Assembly (NCBI RefSeq): GCF_001194135.2
Contig: NC_068990.1
Span: forward strand, 23,148,370-23,186,042
Direction: 5' to 3'
Source of the DNA: Octopus bimaculoides
Lineage: Eukaryota
DNA length: 37,673 nucleotides
The notes below the pieces were generated by a model. It ran no database searches. It saw nothing but the letters and a program-made list of their open reading frames with translations, and was not told where the DNA came from. The position numbers were made by a program, and so were the translations under genes. Of the stretch, positions 9,945 through 21,713 are shown in pieces. Every line of letters starts with the position of its first letter. Positions within the stretch are counted from its first letter, which is position 1.

Positions 9945-10313
9945 TTTCGTCTGCCGTTACGTTCTGAGTTCAAATTCCGCCGAGGTCGTCTTTGCCTTTT
10001 ATCCTTTCGGGGACGATTAAATAAATACTCGTTACGCACTGGGGTCGATGTAATCGACTTAATCCGTGTGTCTGACCTTGTTTGTCCCCTCTATGTTTAG
10101 CCCCTTGTGGGCAATAAAGAAAAGTTAGCACGCCGGGCTAAATGCTTAGCGATATTTCGTCTGTCTTTATGTTCTGAGTTCAAATTCCGCCGAGGTCGAC
10201 TTTGCCTTTCATTCTTTCGGGTTCGATAAATTAAGCACCAGTTGTGTACTGAGGTCTATCTAATCGACTGGTCCCCTCTCTAAAACTTTCGGGCCTTGTG
10301 CTTAAAGTAGAAA
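9945..10313 (+). mobile_element. SINE family A, dimeric form; 5' end lost at the N gap 9935-9944
   Basis: Collinear with 4240-4678, including the dimer junction. Confidence 0.85.
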
Positions 10314-10540
10314 ATAACTATGAATAATATAAATATATATATATATATGGATTTGGAGGGATATTTGGCTGTTAATTTTAGCAGGTCATATCGCAAGAGC
10401 TCTTTTATTGTTTCGTTGAACAACTCCGCCATGGTTGAATGCGCTGATTATTCTAGTAACCTGTGGGATCCAGTGCTGCATTCTGGGACACGTTGTACAC
10501 TGTGAACTTTCTTTTTTGCTGTACGTCTGTAGATACTTAC

Positions 10541-10625
10541 GCTGGCCTGAGCGAAGTCATAAGAAATGGACTCAGAAGACCACTACAATTGCTGTACCTC
10601 CGTAGTTCTCTCACATCAAACGTAA
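10541..10625 (-). CDS. Weak candidate exon (85 nt) encoding TFDVRELRRYSNCSGLLSPFLMTSLRPA
   Basis: Minus-strand acceptor ttctgatttcactatttccatag, donor C|gtaagt, one open frame; no recognised homology; an overlapping plus-strand candidate also exists. Confidence 0.15.
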
Positions 10626-10977
10626 CTATGGAAATAGTGAAATCAGAAATGTTCGTCATGCAAGACATGTTGCCTATCGTTCTAACACATTTTCCATCTC
10701 ATTAATGCTAGAGCCATTACGTTATTGTAATGATTATCAAAAATTAATGAGTTTTGTTATTTTTGTTTTCTTATTTAAATTTTTTTTTTCTTTCGGTCTT
10801 GCTTATCAGTTTTTCGCTGTTTCAAAGTTAATTCCAACGAACGTTATTCCAGAAAATTCTCATATCAAAAGATTTAAATAAATATGTACTTCTGCTATTT
10901 CTTCAATGCGCTACGCCATTTGGAATCGCGTTTTCTATTCAAGTCATAAACTTAAATACACATAAATAAATAAATAA

Positions 10978-11002
10978 TAATAAAAACAACAACAACAACA
11001 AC

Positions 11003-11063
<61 letters not shown>
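10978..11063. repeat. (AAC)n(AAT)n array
   Basis: Direct reading. Confidence 0.95.
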
Positions 11064-11065
<2 letters not shown>

Positions 11066-11258
11066 GTATTGAAAACGTAATGAGCAGTGCCATATTTATC
11101 TTTTTAGTGAGTCACTAGAAAGTAAGAATATAGCTATTATCTTGTCATGAAATACAAGACGTCAAATATTTGGATAAAATTGTTTTCTTGCTTTTAAAAT
11201 TACCTTGGTTACATTAAAATCCACTATCTATTTACAATCTTATATACATGTGTGTATG

Positions 11259-11307
<49 letters not shown>

Positions 11308-11387
11308 CTATATATATATAAATATATGCATATATCCATACATATATGTACATACCTACATCTATATGTATACATACATGCATATAT

Positions 11388-11630
11388 GGGTACAGGACAT
11401 CACAAAAAAAAAAACGTTAAACACAAAGAGAAACGAAAACATAAAGACGGAAACAGAAAACGGACTTTTTTCGAACAACGAAAAAAAGAAACAGAGAAAC
11501 GAGACATGCAGCGTAAAGAATATTACCCTTCATCAGTTGCCCCTGTCAATCTTATCCGCCTTTCGAAAGCAAGGACAATACGCGACTTCGTTGGAAGAGT
11601 CCTTCCCGCAAAGCAAATGAAATAAAATTT
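11388..11630 (-). mobile_element. Unclassified repeat fragment, possibly Penelope-like, with a degenerate hammerhead core
   Basis: Minus strand has CUGAUGA-AGGG at 11526-11536, but the GAAA half is absent; the element runs into the N gap. Confidence 0.3.
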
Positions 11631-12420
11631 NNNNNNNNNNNNNNNNNNNNNNNNNNNNNNNNNNNNNNNNNNNNNNNNNNNNNNNNNNNNNNNNNNNNNN
11701 NNNNNNNNNNNNNNNNNNNNNNNNNNNNNNNNNNNNNNNNNNNNNNNNNNNNNNNNNNNNNNNNNNNNNNNNNNNNNNNNNNNNNNNNNNNNNNNNNNNN
11801 NNNNNNNNNNNNNNNNNNNNNNNNNNNNNNNNNNNNNNNNNNNNNNNNNNNNNNNNNNNNNNNNNNNNNNNNNNNNNNNNNNNNNNNNNNNNNNNNNNNN
11901 NNNNNNNNNNNNNNNNNNNNNNNNNNNNNNNNNNNNNNNNNNNNNNNNNNNNNNNNNNNNNNNNNNNNNNNNNNNNNNNNNNNNNNNNNNNNNNNNNNNN
12001 NNNNNNNNNNNNNNNNNNNNNNNNNNNNNNNNNNNNNNNNNNNNNNNNNNNNNNNNNNNNNNNNNNNNNNNNNNNNNNNNNNNNNNNNNNNNNNNNNNNN
12101 NNNNNNNNNNNNNNNNNNNNNNNNNNNNNNNNNNNNNNNNNNNNNNNNNNNNNNNNNNNNNNNNNNNNNNNNNNNNNNNNNNNNNNNNNNNNNNNNNNNN
12201 NNNNNNNNNNNNNNNNNNNNNNNNNNNNNNNNNNNNNNNNNNNNNNNNNNNNNNNNNNNNNNNNNNNNNNNNNNNNNNNNNNNNNNNNNNNNNNNNNNNN
12301 NNNNNNNNNNNNNNNNNNNNNNNNNNNNNNNNNNNNNNNNNNNNNNNNNNNNNNNNNNNNNNNNNNNNNNNNNNNNNNNNNNNNNNNNNNNNNNNNNNNN
12401 NNNNNNNNNNNNNNNNNNNN
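11631..12420. other. Assembly gap (790 N). Other gaps: 1317-1398, 2727-2945, 3868-3877, 9935-9944, 15090-15242, 21022-21078, 29173-29486, 31348-31484, 32427-33233
   Basis: Runs of N, nearly all abutting microsatellites; exons or element ends could be hidden in them. Confidence 0.98.
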
Positions 12421-12471
<51 letters not shown>

Positions 12472-12496
12472 ACACGTGCGCGCATATTTACGAGCG

Positions 12497-12714
12497 TGTG
12501 TGTGTTTTGTGTCTGTGTTTGTCTCCCATCACCGTTTGTCAACAAGTGTTGATGTCTTTACGTTCCCGTAACTTAGTGGTTCGGTAATAAAAGATCGATG
12601 GCATAAGTACTAGGCTTTAAACAATTATAAGTACTGGGATCGATTCATTCGACAAGACATTCTTCGAGATGGTGCCCCAGCGTGGTTGCAGTCTATTGAC
12701 TAAAACAAAACATA
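12497..12714 (+). mobile_element. SINE family B 3' half, degraded
   Basis: tttacgttcccgtaacttagtggttcgg..taagtactaggc..ggtgccccagcgtggttgcagtc matches the B tail. Confidence 0.75.
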
Positions 12715-12730
12715 ATGTTACAGAAATATA

Positions 12731-13130
12731 CGTGGCTGTGTGGTAAGTAACTTGCTTACCAATGACATGGTTCTGGGTTCAGTCCCACTGCGTTGCACCT
12801 TGGGCAAGTGTTTTCTGCTATAGTCTCGGGCCGACCAAAGCCTTGTGAGTGGATTTGGTAGACGGAAACTGAAAGAAGCTCGTCGTATATATGTATATGT
12901 ATGTATATATGTGTGTGCTTGTGTGTCTGTGCTTGTTCCTCCCAACATCGCTTGACAACAGATGCTGGTGTGTCTTTACGTCCCCTTAACTTAGCGGTTC
13001 GGCAAAAGATCCCGATAGAATAAGTACTAGGCTTACAAATAATAAGTCCTGGGGTCGATTTCCTCGACTAAAGGCAGTGCTCCAGCATGGCCGCTGTCAA
13101 ATGACTGAAACTATTAAAAGAGTAAAAGAG
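12731..13130 (+). mobile_element. SINE family B, near full length
   Basis: Head gtggctgtgtggtaagtaacttgcttaccaa..gggttcagtccc, CORE-like block, internal TA/TG run, tail. Confidence 0.9.
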
Positions 13131-13267
13131 AGAGAGAGTGTATTGTCAAACATACTCGTATGTTCTACACAGTCACATGAAGTAGCGTTAGTGAAGTTAG
13201 GCAGATGCTAATGGCGTCTTCATGTATCTAATATTTTATTCTTTTGGTTTCAAGATATAAGCGTTAG

Positions 13268-13458
13268 ATGGCAGTGAGCTGGCAGACTCTTTAGGAAGAG
13301 TTGGGCAAATTTCTTAGCGTTTTTCCGTCTGTCCTTACGTTCTGTGTTCAAATTCTGTCGAAGTCAACTTTGCCTTTCCTCCTTTCGCGGTCGATAAAGT
13401 GAGTACCAGTTGAGTACTGGGGTCGAAATTACTGGACTTCTTCTAAAATTTGAAACCA
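13268..13458 (+). mobile_element. SINE family A monomer, degraded
   Basis: gagctggcaga..gttcaaattc..cctttcgcggtcgataaag..aaaatttgaaacc. Confidence 0.75.
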
Positions 13459-13732
13459 AAATTTTATTGTTTTATTTTCTTTATCATAACATGATTTGGA
13501 CCTGTGTATTGAGGTTGAGAAAATCGTTTGAGCCTCGGAATTAATTTCCTGCGGTGTTTATCCAGGCTCTTTACATTTGTTACGTCTCAAGCTACTGCTA
13601 TCTAGCACCTTCGGATGCTCTCTACTCGACCGCTACCCAAGAGCTACTCAACTCATCTACCACGGCTAGACTACCTCTATTTATATGTCTTGGGCGATCC
13701 TACTTCTTCGCTTGGGGGCGTCGACACAACAA

Positions 13733-14110
13733 TATTCTGAGTTCAAATCCAAGAAAAGAAAGCTTTGCCTTTCATTCTTTGGGGGTCGATAAAATAAAGT
13801 ACCAGTCAAGGGCTGGAATGGATGATATCGACTAATCACATTTAAAATCTTCTAGCCTTGAGTTAAATTAGAAATCATTATTTTAATTCGGAACCTCGAC
13901 AAAAATCATTAAAGGGTCGAACTAATTTTTTTACTCTATTTCTTCTACCTCTTGTGTTCTGAACCCAAATCCTCACGTGGTAAACTTTGTTTTATTCTTC
14001 AGAAGTCGATAAAATAAGATACCCGTCAAGTACTGTAGTCGATTTAATCGACTAACCCCATCCATTTCTTAAAAGAAAAACAAAATGGCTGACATTGTGC
14101 CTAAATTAGC
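13733..14110 (+). mobile_element. Two old family A fragments (about 13733-13885 and 13952-14110)
   Basis: Each retains gtcgataaaataa..gtac and tcgact motifs. Confidence 0.6.
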
Positions 14111-14336
14111 TACGACTATTTTAAGACCGTTTATTACTTTTAAACTTTGCTCTAAATGAAATCATTAGTAAAATCCTATCCTAACAGTCATAATTTATTT
14201 ATACTTTCGGCTCTTTTCTTTTTTACCCTCGAACCTCAATTAGCAGTATTTTCGAAATTAGACTTAAAACTCAATTAGCTAACTATTCCATTCAGCATAA
14301 CATAACATTCAGCACGACAAACTGAATGCCATTTAC

Positions 14337-14437
14337 TATTATTATTATTATTATCATTATTATTATCATTATTATTATTATTATTATTACTATTGTTGTT
14401 GTTGTTGTTGTTGTTGTTGTTATTATCATCATCATCA

Positions 14438-14478
<41 letters not shown>

Positions 14479-14573
14479 TTCACCATCATCATCATCGTCG
14501 TCGTCGTCATCATCATCATCATCATCATCAGTAGTAGCAGTAGTAGTAGTAGTAGTAGTAGCAGCAGCAGCAA

Positions 14574-14631
<58 letters not shown>
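14337..14631. repeat. Compound trinucleotide array ATT/GTT/ATC/GTC/GTA/GCA
   Basis: Direct reading. Confidence 0.95.
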
Positions 14632-14632
<1 letters not shown>

Positions 14633-15272
14633 TATTTTTTAACTTCGAAAGATTTAAGCAATCATCAAAGTAAAAGATTAATATTTACCTTCAAAGCATG
14701 ATTAAGGTAACTTCAATTTTTACTATACATGCATAAATTCAAGCATATACGATGTATACATACGTACCTACCTACGTACGAATGTGCACACTTACTAACT
14801 TAACTGCCTATCGACCTACTTACCTACCAAGCTACCTACATATATATATACTTACATACATACATACATACATACATACCTACACCATACAGCATATACG
14901 CCTCCTACATATATAGATAAAATTATGAATATGAGCGTCTATGAAGGTGTTTATGTATGCATATGTAACTATGCGTGTATATGAATCGCATTTATATACA
15001 CATGCATATTTATGTACATGCACATTTATGCATATCGTAAATATGGTAATCTCTCTTTCCTACTAAATATATATATATATATATATATANNNNNNNNNNN
15101 NNNNNNNNNNNNNNNNNNNNNNNNNNNNNNNNNNNNNNNNNNNNNNNNNNNNNNNNNNNNNNNNNNNNNNNNNNNNNNNNNNNNNNNNNNNNNNNNNNNN
15201 NNNNNNNNNNNNNNNNNNNNNNNNNNNNNNNNNNNNNNNNNNATATATATATTATATATATTACACATGCAT

Positions 15273-15316
<44 letters not shown>

Positions 15317-15814
15317 GCATGTATGTATGTATATATATATGTATATGTATGCATGTATGTATGTTTTTGTGCATATGAATATGAATGTATGTGCGTAGGT
15401 GAATGAAGCGCACGCTCGCAAAGAGAGGGAAAAACAATTGAGGGAATGCTAAAGAGAGAAGAGGAGAAAAAGAAGAGAAGAGAAAGAGAGCGAGAGGGAG
15501 ATATATATATAAAGAGAGAGAGAGATAGACGGACGGAGACAGAGACAGACAGAGAATGAATTGATTTCTAATATTAACTAGTATGGATCTTTAATTTTTA
15601 TTTTTTATTTTTCACATATTTCTGTCAGAAATAATTGCTTCACATTTTGTTAGAAATTGGTATCAATTTCCACGAAACGATTTTATCTTCGTTCCAATTA
15701 TCACTGCATGGTACTCTTGAAGCGCTTGGAATTCTATTCAATTCAGACGACTCATCTGTCTTCAAAGAAAGAAGGGTACTCTGGCCATTTATACAGGATT
15801 CGCTCCGGTGAAGG

Positions 15815-16460
15815 GGCCTAATTGGCGCAATTGTTGGGTGCTTAACGGCAAACGTTTCGGCACTCTTTCTTATGAGTTCAAATCCGTGCTAAATCAACTT
15901 TTTGTTTTTATTTTATTTTCGAAGTCTATACATAACATAAGGGTTCTAGACGGGGATCGATTCTGCTTTTTTCTACCTCCCGATATTTATTTATCTGTCT
16001 GATTTTTCTTCTTGTAGAGATCAACTGTAGGTATGGAATGGTTAAATGGTAGTCTTATTTACTGAGTTGATAAAAAGGAAGTACCAGTCATGCGCTTGGT
16101 GCCACTGGTATCTTCCTACCCCCTCCCCAAAATTGCCGGTCTTGTGCGTCTGTTATGAACCATTATTAGGATGGGGGATTAGCAGAATCAGTTGAGTTTC
16201 GGAAAAAGTGATTTGTGGCATTGTTCCTATTCTTGAAGCTCTGAGTTCAAATTCAGCTAAAGTTAATTTTGCCTTTCCTCGCCACCCCCAGGGTCAATAA
16301 AAACTTTTCTTACTGAAACTGTAGTACTTCTGCTTATAGCAGAGATATAGTGTTTCTCCGTTCTCAATACAATAAAGTAAAAATTAAGTTCAGGCTTCGA
16401 TGGTATTGGCTATTCCCGCCTCCTCAAAATTGTTGTCTCTGCCTAAATCAGAAGCCATTT
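15815..16460 (+). mobile_element. Cluster of heavily degraded family A fragments
   Basis: Repeated gagttcaaat B-box, gtacca and aaaattgc(c/t)gg..ttgtg tail motifs. Confidence 0.5.
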
Positions 16461-16771
16461 CCTATTTTCTGAGTCCTCTTTTTACGAGAGTATACGCTGC
16501 TTTTCCTTGCTCCAGGATATCTTAACTGGCGTTGAGACACCCTACTTCAATATTACTGCATATATATGAAGAAATCCTCATTTTCATAGTTTTACATCGA
16601 AGAGTCATATTTGATAAAACCTGTAAAAAAAAATACTCACCGGTTGTTGCATGTCTATATTTCTACTCACTTTCTCTTCCTAAATAGTTGATGCTTGTTT
16701 ATGTTCCCCAATATATTTTCACTGGGCCAGTCTGTAGGTATCTCAATGTGTTTATATATTTTTATATATAG

Positions 16772-17481
16772 ACACTGCGAGTGCTGCCTTGCTCTCAAGC
16801 AACTCTGCCGTCAGGAAACAAACTTGTGCGACTTCAACTCCACGAAGACGTTCTATAGAAAACTAGTGGAAGGAAGGTGCGGCGACGTTCTCGGGGAGAA
16901 TCTGGACCTCGACGAGGAACATCTGACCGCCTGTTCAGGACAACTTTCGTGCCGGGACCTATGGACAATCACCAGAGATCCCTGGCCTGGCAGTGCTATC
17001 GGGAAGCATTGTCCGTTCGGGATAAGCTCTACAGTCACGATTCGAGATACATGGGACCGACGTGCTCGAGATGCGGTCAGAGCGACGAAAGCGTTCTGCA
17101 CGCACTCGTGCAGTATCTAATCATTTCAGACCTGTGGGCTTATGTCGAACGGCTGCTATCACGATAGAATCCTGTTGTCGGCCGAGTCTGTCCTGAAAAT
17201 TGCTCCGCCACCTTATCTTAACCGGGAAGGCAAGGCAATTTTCATCGTACTGGTGGCTTTGGCGAAAGAATGTGTGTGGTGGACTCGATCGAAAGGTTTA
17301 ACCACAAACACTTTCCTCTCTGGCCAATCGGTCATCAACTTTTTCAAGTACTACTTGAAAAGGAAGGTGAGAATAGAGAGGCAACTTTTGTCTCATCAAA
17401 GATTCAATAAAATGTGAGTGAACGTAGCAAAGATGGTACGCGCGAATGACGAAACCATTTTGAACATGATCCCGTATATCC

Positions 17482-17519
<38 letters not shown>

Positions 17520-17794
17520 TTTGCTCTCATGTGTTTTTTCCCTCCCTGCCTGAGGTTACCGTAGTCTTTTTCGTAGGCTTTTCTTTGCAAGGATAAATCT
17601 AATGTTTTTTTTTTACACTTTTTGCTCTGTTCTGTGATACACGACCCCTTTTGATCTTTTTTTTTTACACGATCCATTTAAATCGGAATTTTTTCCTCCT
17701 ATTTTTTCTTTTTTTTCTTTTTCTTTCGAAACGAAAAACTCTACATTGTATCTTGTCCCCTGTGAGTTCGCACCTGTGTGGCAAATATAAAAAA
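16772..17794 (+). mobile_element. Tx1/L1-type LINE 3' end (post-RT region, zinc knuckle, 3' UTR), pseudogenised
   Basis: Translates ..SLAWQCYREALSVRDKLYSH..PTCSRCGQSDESVLHALVQY: a Cx2Cx8Hx4C knuckle with the last C changed to Y, then LVALAKECVWWTR..FFKYYLKRKVRIER; frameshifts and stops; GC-richer than its flanks. Confidence 0.8.
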
Positions 17795-17796
17795 GT

Positions 17797-17904
17797 TATC
17801 TATTTGTCTATCTATCTATCTAGCTAGCTAGCTAGCTATCTATTTATCTATCTATTTGTCTGTCTGTCTGTCTGTCTGTCTGCCTGTCTATCTATTTATC
17901 TATC

Positions 17905-17937
<33 letters not shown>

Positions 17938-17974
17938 GTCTGTCTGTCTGTCTGTCTGTCTATCTGTTTCTCTG

Positions 17975-18017
<43 letters not shown>

Positions 18018-18026
18018 GTCTGTCTC

Positions 18027-18060
<34 letters not shown>

Positions 18061-18103
18061 CATTTGTTAGTCTGTCTCTCTCTCCCCCTTTCTTCCCTTT
18101 CTC

Positions 18104-18153
<50 letters not shown>

Positions 18154-18196
18154 ATGTGTCTGTCTGTCTGTCTATTTATCTACCCATTTGTTAGTA

Positions 18197-18267
<71 letters not shown>
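17797..18267. repeat. (TATC)n/(TGTC)n/(TC)n compound microsatellite
   Basis: Direct reading. Confidence 0.95.
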
Positions 18268-18269
<2 letters not shown>

Positions 18270-18744
18270 AGCAGTACCGTCCGCCAACGCCTTTCGTCCT
18301 TTTCTCGGGTATATCTTTCGACATTTACATAAATCCTTTTGTCTTTTCTTTCTAATTCTCGGTTTTTTTTTACTCCTAGTTTTGTCAATAGCTATCTTAT
18401 ATTATGTACATGACGTCATTAGACGACAGCGATATCATATTTCTGGAGATATTCAGATCTTAAAGATTCTTGCAGGAGAGTGTCTTTTCCATGAGAGAGA
18501 AGGGAAGAAAGAGAGGAGGAGGAGGAGGAGGAGAGACGAAAGTGTTAAAAAGTTATATTTATTTTACTCTTTTATTTGTTTTGTTTTGTTTTAAATATCT
18601 CCTTCGTGACTATAAAAAATGATGCTCTTGCATTGCTTCAGGTATATGCAAGTATTGAATTGTAATGTAGTCACACATTTATAGAGAGAGAACTGTCTTT
18701 CGCATCGATCCGAGTGATACGTACGTTACTCTACCGACTTAGAA

Positions 18745-18868
18745 GGATAAATGACGCAGTTGATCTTCGGAGATTTGAACACAAAACGTGAAAGGGAACA
18801 GGGAGGTCATTTTCTTCAACATTCAGTCCGTTCTGTGAACACAATAACCTCGCTAATCCGTGAACGTT
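18745..18868 (-). mobile_element. Very degraded family A fragment
   Basis: Reverse complement gtgttcaaatctccgaagatcaact..atccttc resembles the A B-box region. Confidence 0.4.
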
Positions 18869-18878
18869 TAGGCTTAAG

Positions 18879-19271
18879 CAGGAGTGGCTGTGTGGTAAGT
18901 AGCTTGCTTACCAACCACATGGTTCCGGGTTAAGTCCCACTGTGTGGCATCTTGGGCAAGTGTCTTCTATTACAGCCTCGGGCCGACCAAAGCCTTGTGA
19001 GTGGATTTGGTTGACGGAAACTGAAAGAAGCCCATCGTATATATGTATATATATATATGTGTGTTTGTGTGTCTGTGTTTGTCCCCCAACATCGCTTGAC
19101 AACCGACGCTAATGTGTTTGCGTCCCCGTAACTTATCGGTTTGGCAAAAGAAACCGATAGAACAAGTACTAGGCTTCCAAAGAATAAGTCCTGAGGTCGA
19201 TTTTCTCGACTAAAGGCGGTGCTCCAGCATGGCCGCAGTCAAATGACTGAAACAAGTAAAACAGTAAAGAG
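18879..19271 (+). mobile_element. SINE family B, full length
   Basis: All four modules are present and close to 12731-13130. Confidence 0.9.
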
Positions 19272-19309
19272 TTTGTATATTGTTGCATGTATGTGTTGTG
19301 TTATATGTG

Positions 19310-19600
19310 AAGGCCAGTGGCCTAGTTGTTAGGATGTTGCATTCCCGATCGCTAGATCGTGGGTTCAATTCTTGGAGCAGGCGGCGCGTTACGTTTTTGA
19401 GGAAAGCGCTTTATTTCACGTTGCTCCGGTGGCAAAAATGAGTTGCACGTATTATTCAAACGGGGGTCAGTTTCGTAACATTGTGTCTCACTGAATCTCC
19501 TTGAGAACTACGTTAAGAGTACGCGTTTAATTTCACGAGCAGGCTGGTCAGCTGAAGGAATCAACTGGAACCCTCGTCATTGAAACAGATGGAGCACCAG
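19310..19600 (+). mobile_element. SINE family C, type-2 head, degraded
   Basis: tRNA-like head ggccagtggcctagttgttagg..gggttcaattc, middle ctttatttcacgttgctcc, tail aatttcacgagcaggctg..tcaactggaaccctcgtc. Confidence 0.75.
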
Positions 19601-20024
19601 TATATGCCATCAAATATATTAATAATAGCAGCCAAATCATCCTCAACTCACAGCCAACCGTCTCAAAATAAATAAATATATATTTTTGAAGGATGCGTTA
19701 TGTAGCATAATGGTAGATATGTATAGCCAAAATATTTCGGATGTTCTTGTTCTAAAGTTCCTTGGCATGCAAGTCAGAAGCAAGGAAAAGAAGGAAAAGA
19801 GATTCCACCAGATCACGAAATCGTTTTTGTTACTCGGCAAATGACATGGAATCGATACTGCAACACCGAGATTGGGTTCGCTCATATGTCTACTCGAATA
19901 GGAGAGAAATGGAGTGAAAAAACAACAACAACAAAAGCGTCACTGATGTTTTGACTCGGGTTCGCTGTTCCTTAGGATAAAATAAACCATTCGGCTTCAC
20001 AGAACGTTTAAAGATCAGGGAATT

Positions 20025-20200
20025 TGACGAGTAAATCGATCTTGGTACATTACTAGTACATTATTTTATCGACTCTGGAGCGATGAAAAGCAACGGTAAC
20101 ATCGGCATGATTTGAACTCGGCCCACAAAGAACCGGAACAAATATATCACGGTGCTTTTTTTTTTTACCCCGACGCTTGAACGATACTGTCAATCCACAA
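20025..20200 (-). mobile_element. Degraded family A fragment
   Basis: attttatcgact..gatgaaaagc..atttgaactc is the reverse complement of A motifs. Confidence 0.5.
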
Positions 20201-20586
20201 CAGTAAATAAACAGAAATAACTGTTGCTGTTGTTGATACCGTTCCTGTTGTTGTTGGTAGTGATGTTACTGTTGTTGGTTTTTAGTTCTACTCATAGCCA
20301 TCTTGTCTTTTATTCCAACATGATGTATATCAAACTAAACACTAGCCAAAGTGTTCATTTATCAAGGCGGTAGGCGCGTAATTAGAGTAAGATTTCTCAA
20401 CCATTTCTAGTAGACCGTATAGCTACCTAGAGGTCCTCAAGGGTAGCTGCAAACACAGACAAGTGCATTTTCTCATTTCTGTTGCTAGAATCAAAAGCAT
20501 TGATAATTATCTGTTTCTCTGTTGTATCAAAGACCTCTAAGCGTTCATTAAGACGTCGTTTGTCTTTGATTACCGTCGGCTTATCA

Positions 20587-20841
20587 CAGTGCTTCGCAAC
20601 CATTTCTTTTTTTAACCTATGGACCCCTTTTGATTCCTATTTTACGAAGATGGACCATCGTAGCCATTCGATGCTTCTAAAAGCGTATATTCTTATAATT
20701 AAATATTATTAGGAACCGTATATAAAATATTGTTAAGATATTTTGTGTATTATAACCAATTTATTACACATAAATTTTGAAGAAAATTTCTTATATGAAC
20801 CTCACAAAGAGGCCATAATCAACTTCGGCTGAGAACCGCTG
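20587..20841. mobile_element. hAT-like MITE, old
   Basis: TIRs cagtgcttcgcaacc and cagcggttctcagcc (11/15 match); flanking 8-mers gcttatca and acttagca (6/8), consistent with a decayed 8-bp TSD. Confidence 0.55.
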
Positions 20842-21269
20842 ACTTAGCAGAGCAGAAAGAATACCCGCCACTAAACCTCTTCGACCACCGACCTTACGAC
20901 TGCTATATGCGTTGTGTGGTTCATGTTTCATACATATACGCATGTATGCATGTATGTATGTATGTATGTATGTATGTATGTATGTATGTATGCATATATG
21001 CATGTATATATATATATATATNNNNNNNNNNNNNNNNNNNNNNNNNNNNNNNNNNNNNNNNNNNNNNNNNNNNNNNNNATAATTTTCTCAGAGATATTTA
21101 ACATGTTTCGGTTCTTGAAAAAACGAACCTTATCAAAAATACATATTTTTTAAAAATGTAATTAAAAGAAAAGTTCATAATTCTTACTGGTGTCAACATA
21201 GTCCACGTGGGAGCGTTTTTTGTATGGGTACATAATGGCTGTCTAGTGCGTTGACTTGAATCGTTGGTT

Positions 21270-21305
<36 letters not shown>

Positions 21306-21341
21306 AATATATAAGAGAATATATATATATGTAATATTATA

Positions 21342-21619
21342 TGTGACAATTATTCGGTTGCCATAATAAGATTCTGAGTTTCGGATGTCGGTGTGGAAGA
21401 CTGCTCCGGCATCTCGACAGTTATCGAGGCAATCAAAAAATATTGCTCTAGCATTAACCACAAATGCCAATGGACCAGCCCAAGATCGGTTTAGGAAGGA
21501 CATTTTCGAAATAAAAAGCATTTTTTGACTTCCTCGATAACTGACGAGATGCCGGAGCAGTTTTCCGCCCCGGCATCCGAAACTCGGAGTCTTATTATGA
21601 CAACCGAATAATTGTAACA
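21342..21619. mobile_element. 278-bp TGT...ACA foldback MITE with TIRs of about 100 bp and a TATA TSD (Ginger-like termini)
   Basis: Left arm tgtgacaattattcggttgccataataagattctgagtttcggatg.. mirrors right arm ..catccgaaactcggagtcttattatgacaaccgaataattgtaaca; tata on both sides. Confidence 0.8.
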
Positions 21620-21713
21620 TATATTACAGATAAATTCCTCTATTTACATAATATTGAGGTCTCATTCATTCTTTTGTTGTCTTACCATTACTAAATATAT
21701 ATATAAATATATA

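Noticed and set aside
8862-10313. Regularly recurring repeats that might be read as a CRISPR-like array
   Set aside because: Units are 150-430 bp, in mixed orientation, diverged, and lack spacers; this is a eukaryotic SINE cluster.
11500-11540. Minus-strand CUGAUGA-AGGG as a fourth hammerhead
   Set aside because: The GAAA half reads UUUAC and helix II is poor; at best a dead remnant, so it is not called as an RNA.
14337-14631. Compound trinucleotide arrays as homopolymer-coding exons (also 26808-27176)
   Set aside because: No splice context or unique flanking coding sequence; the stepwise motif changes are ordinary microsatellite evolution.
18382-18594. Open frame VLSIAILYYVHDVIRRQRYHISGDIQILKILAG
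   Set aside because: It lies between microsatellites, has no convincing donor and no recognised homology; LKILAG lacks the Walker A motif expected of an ABC domain.
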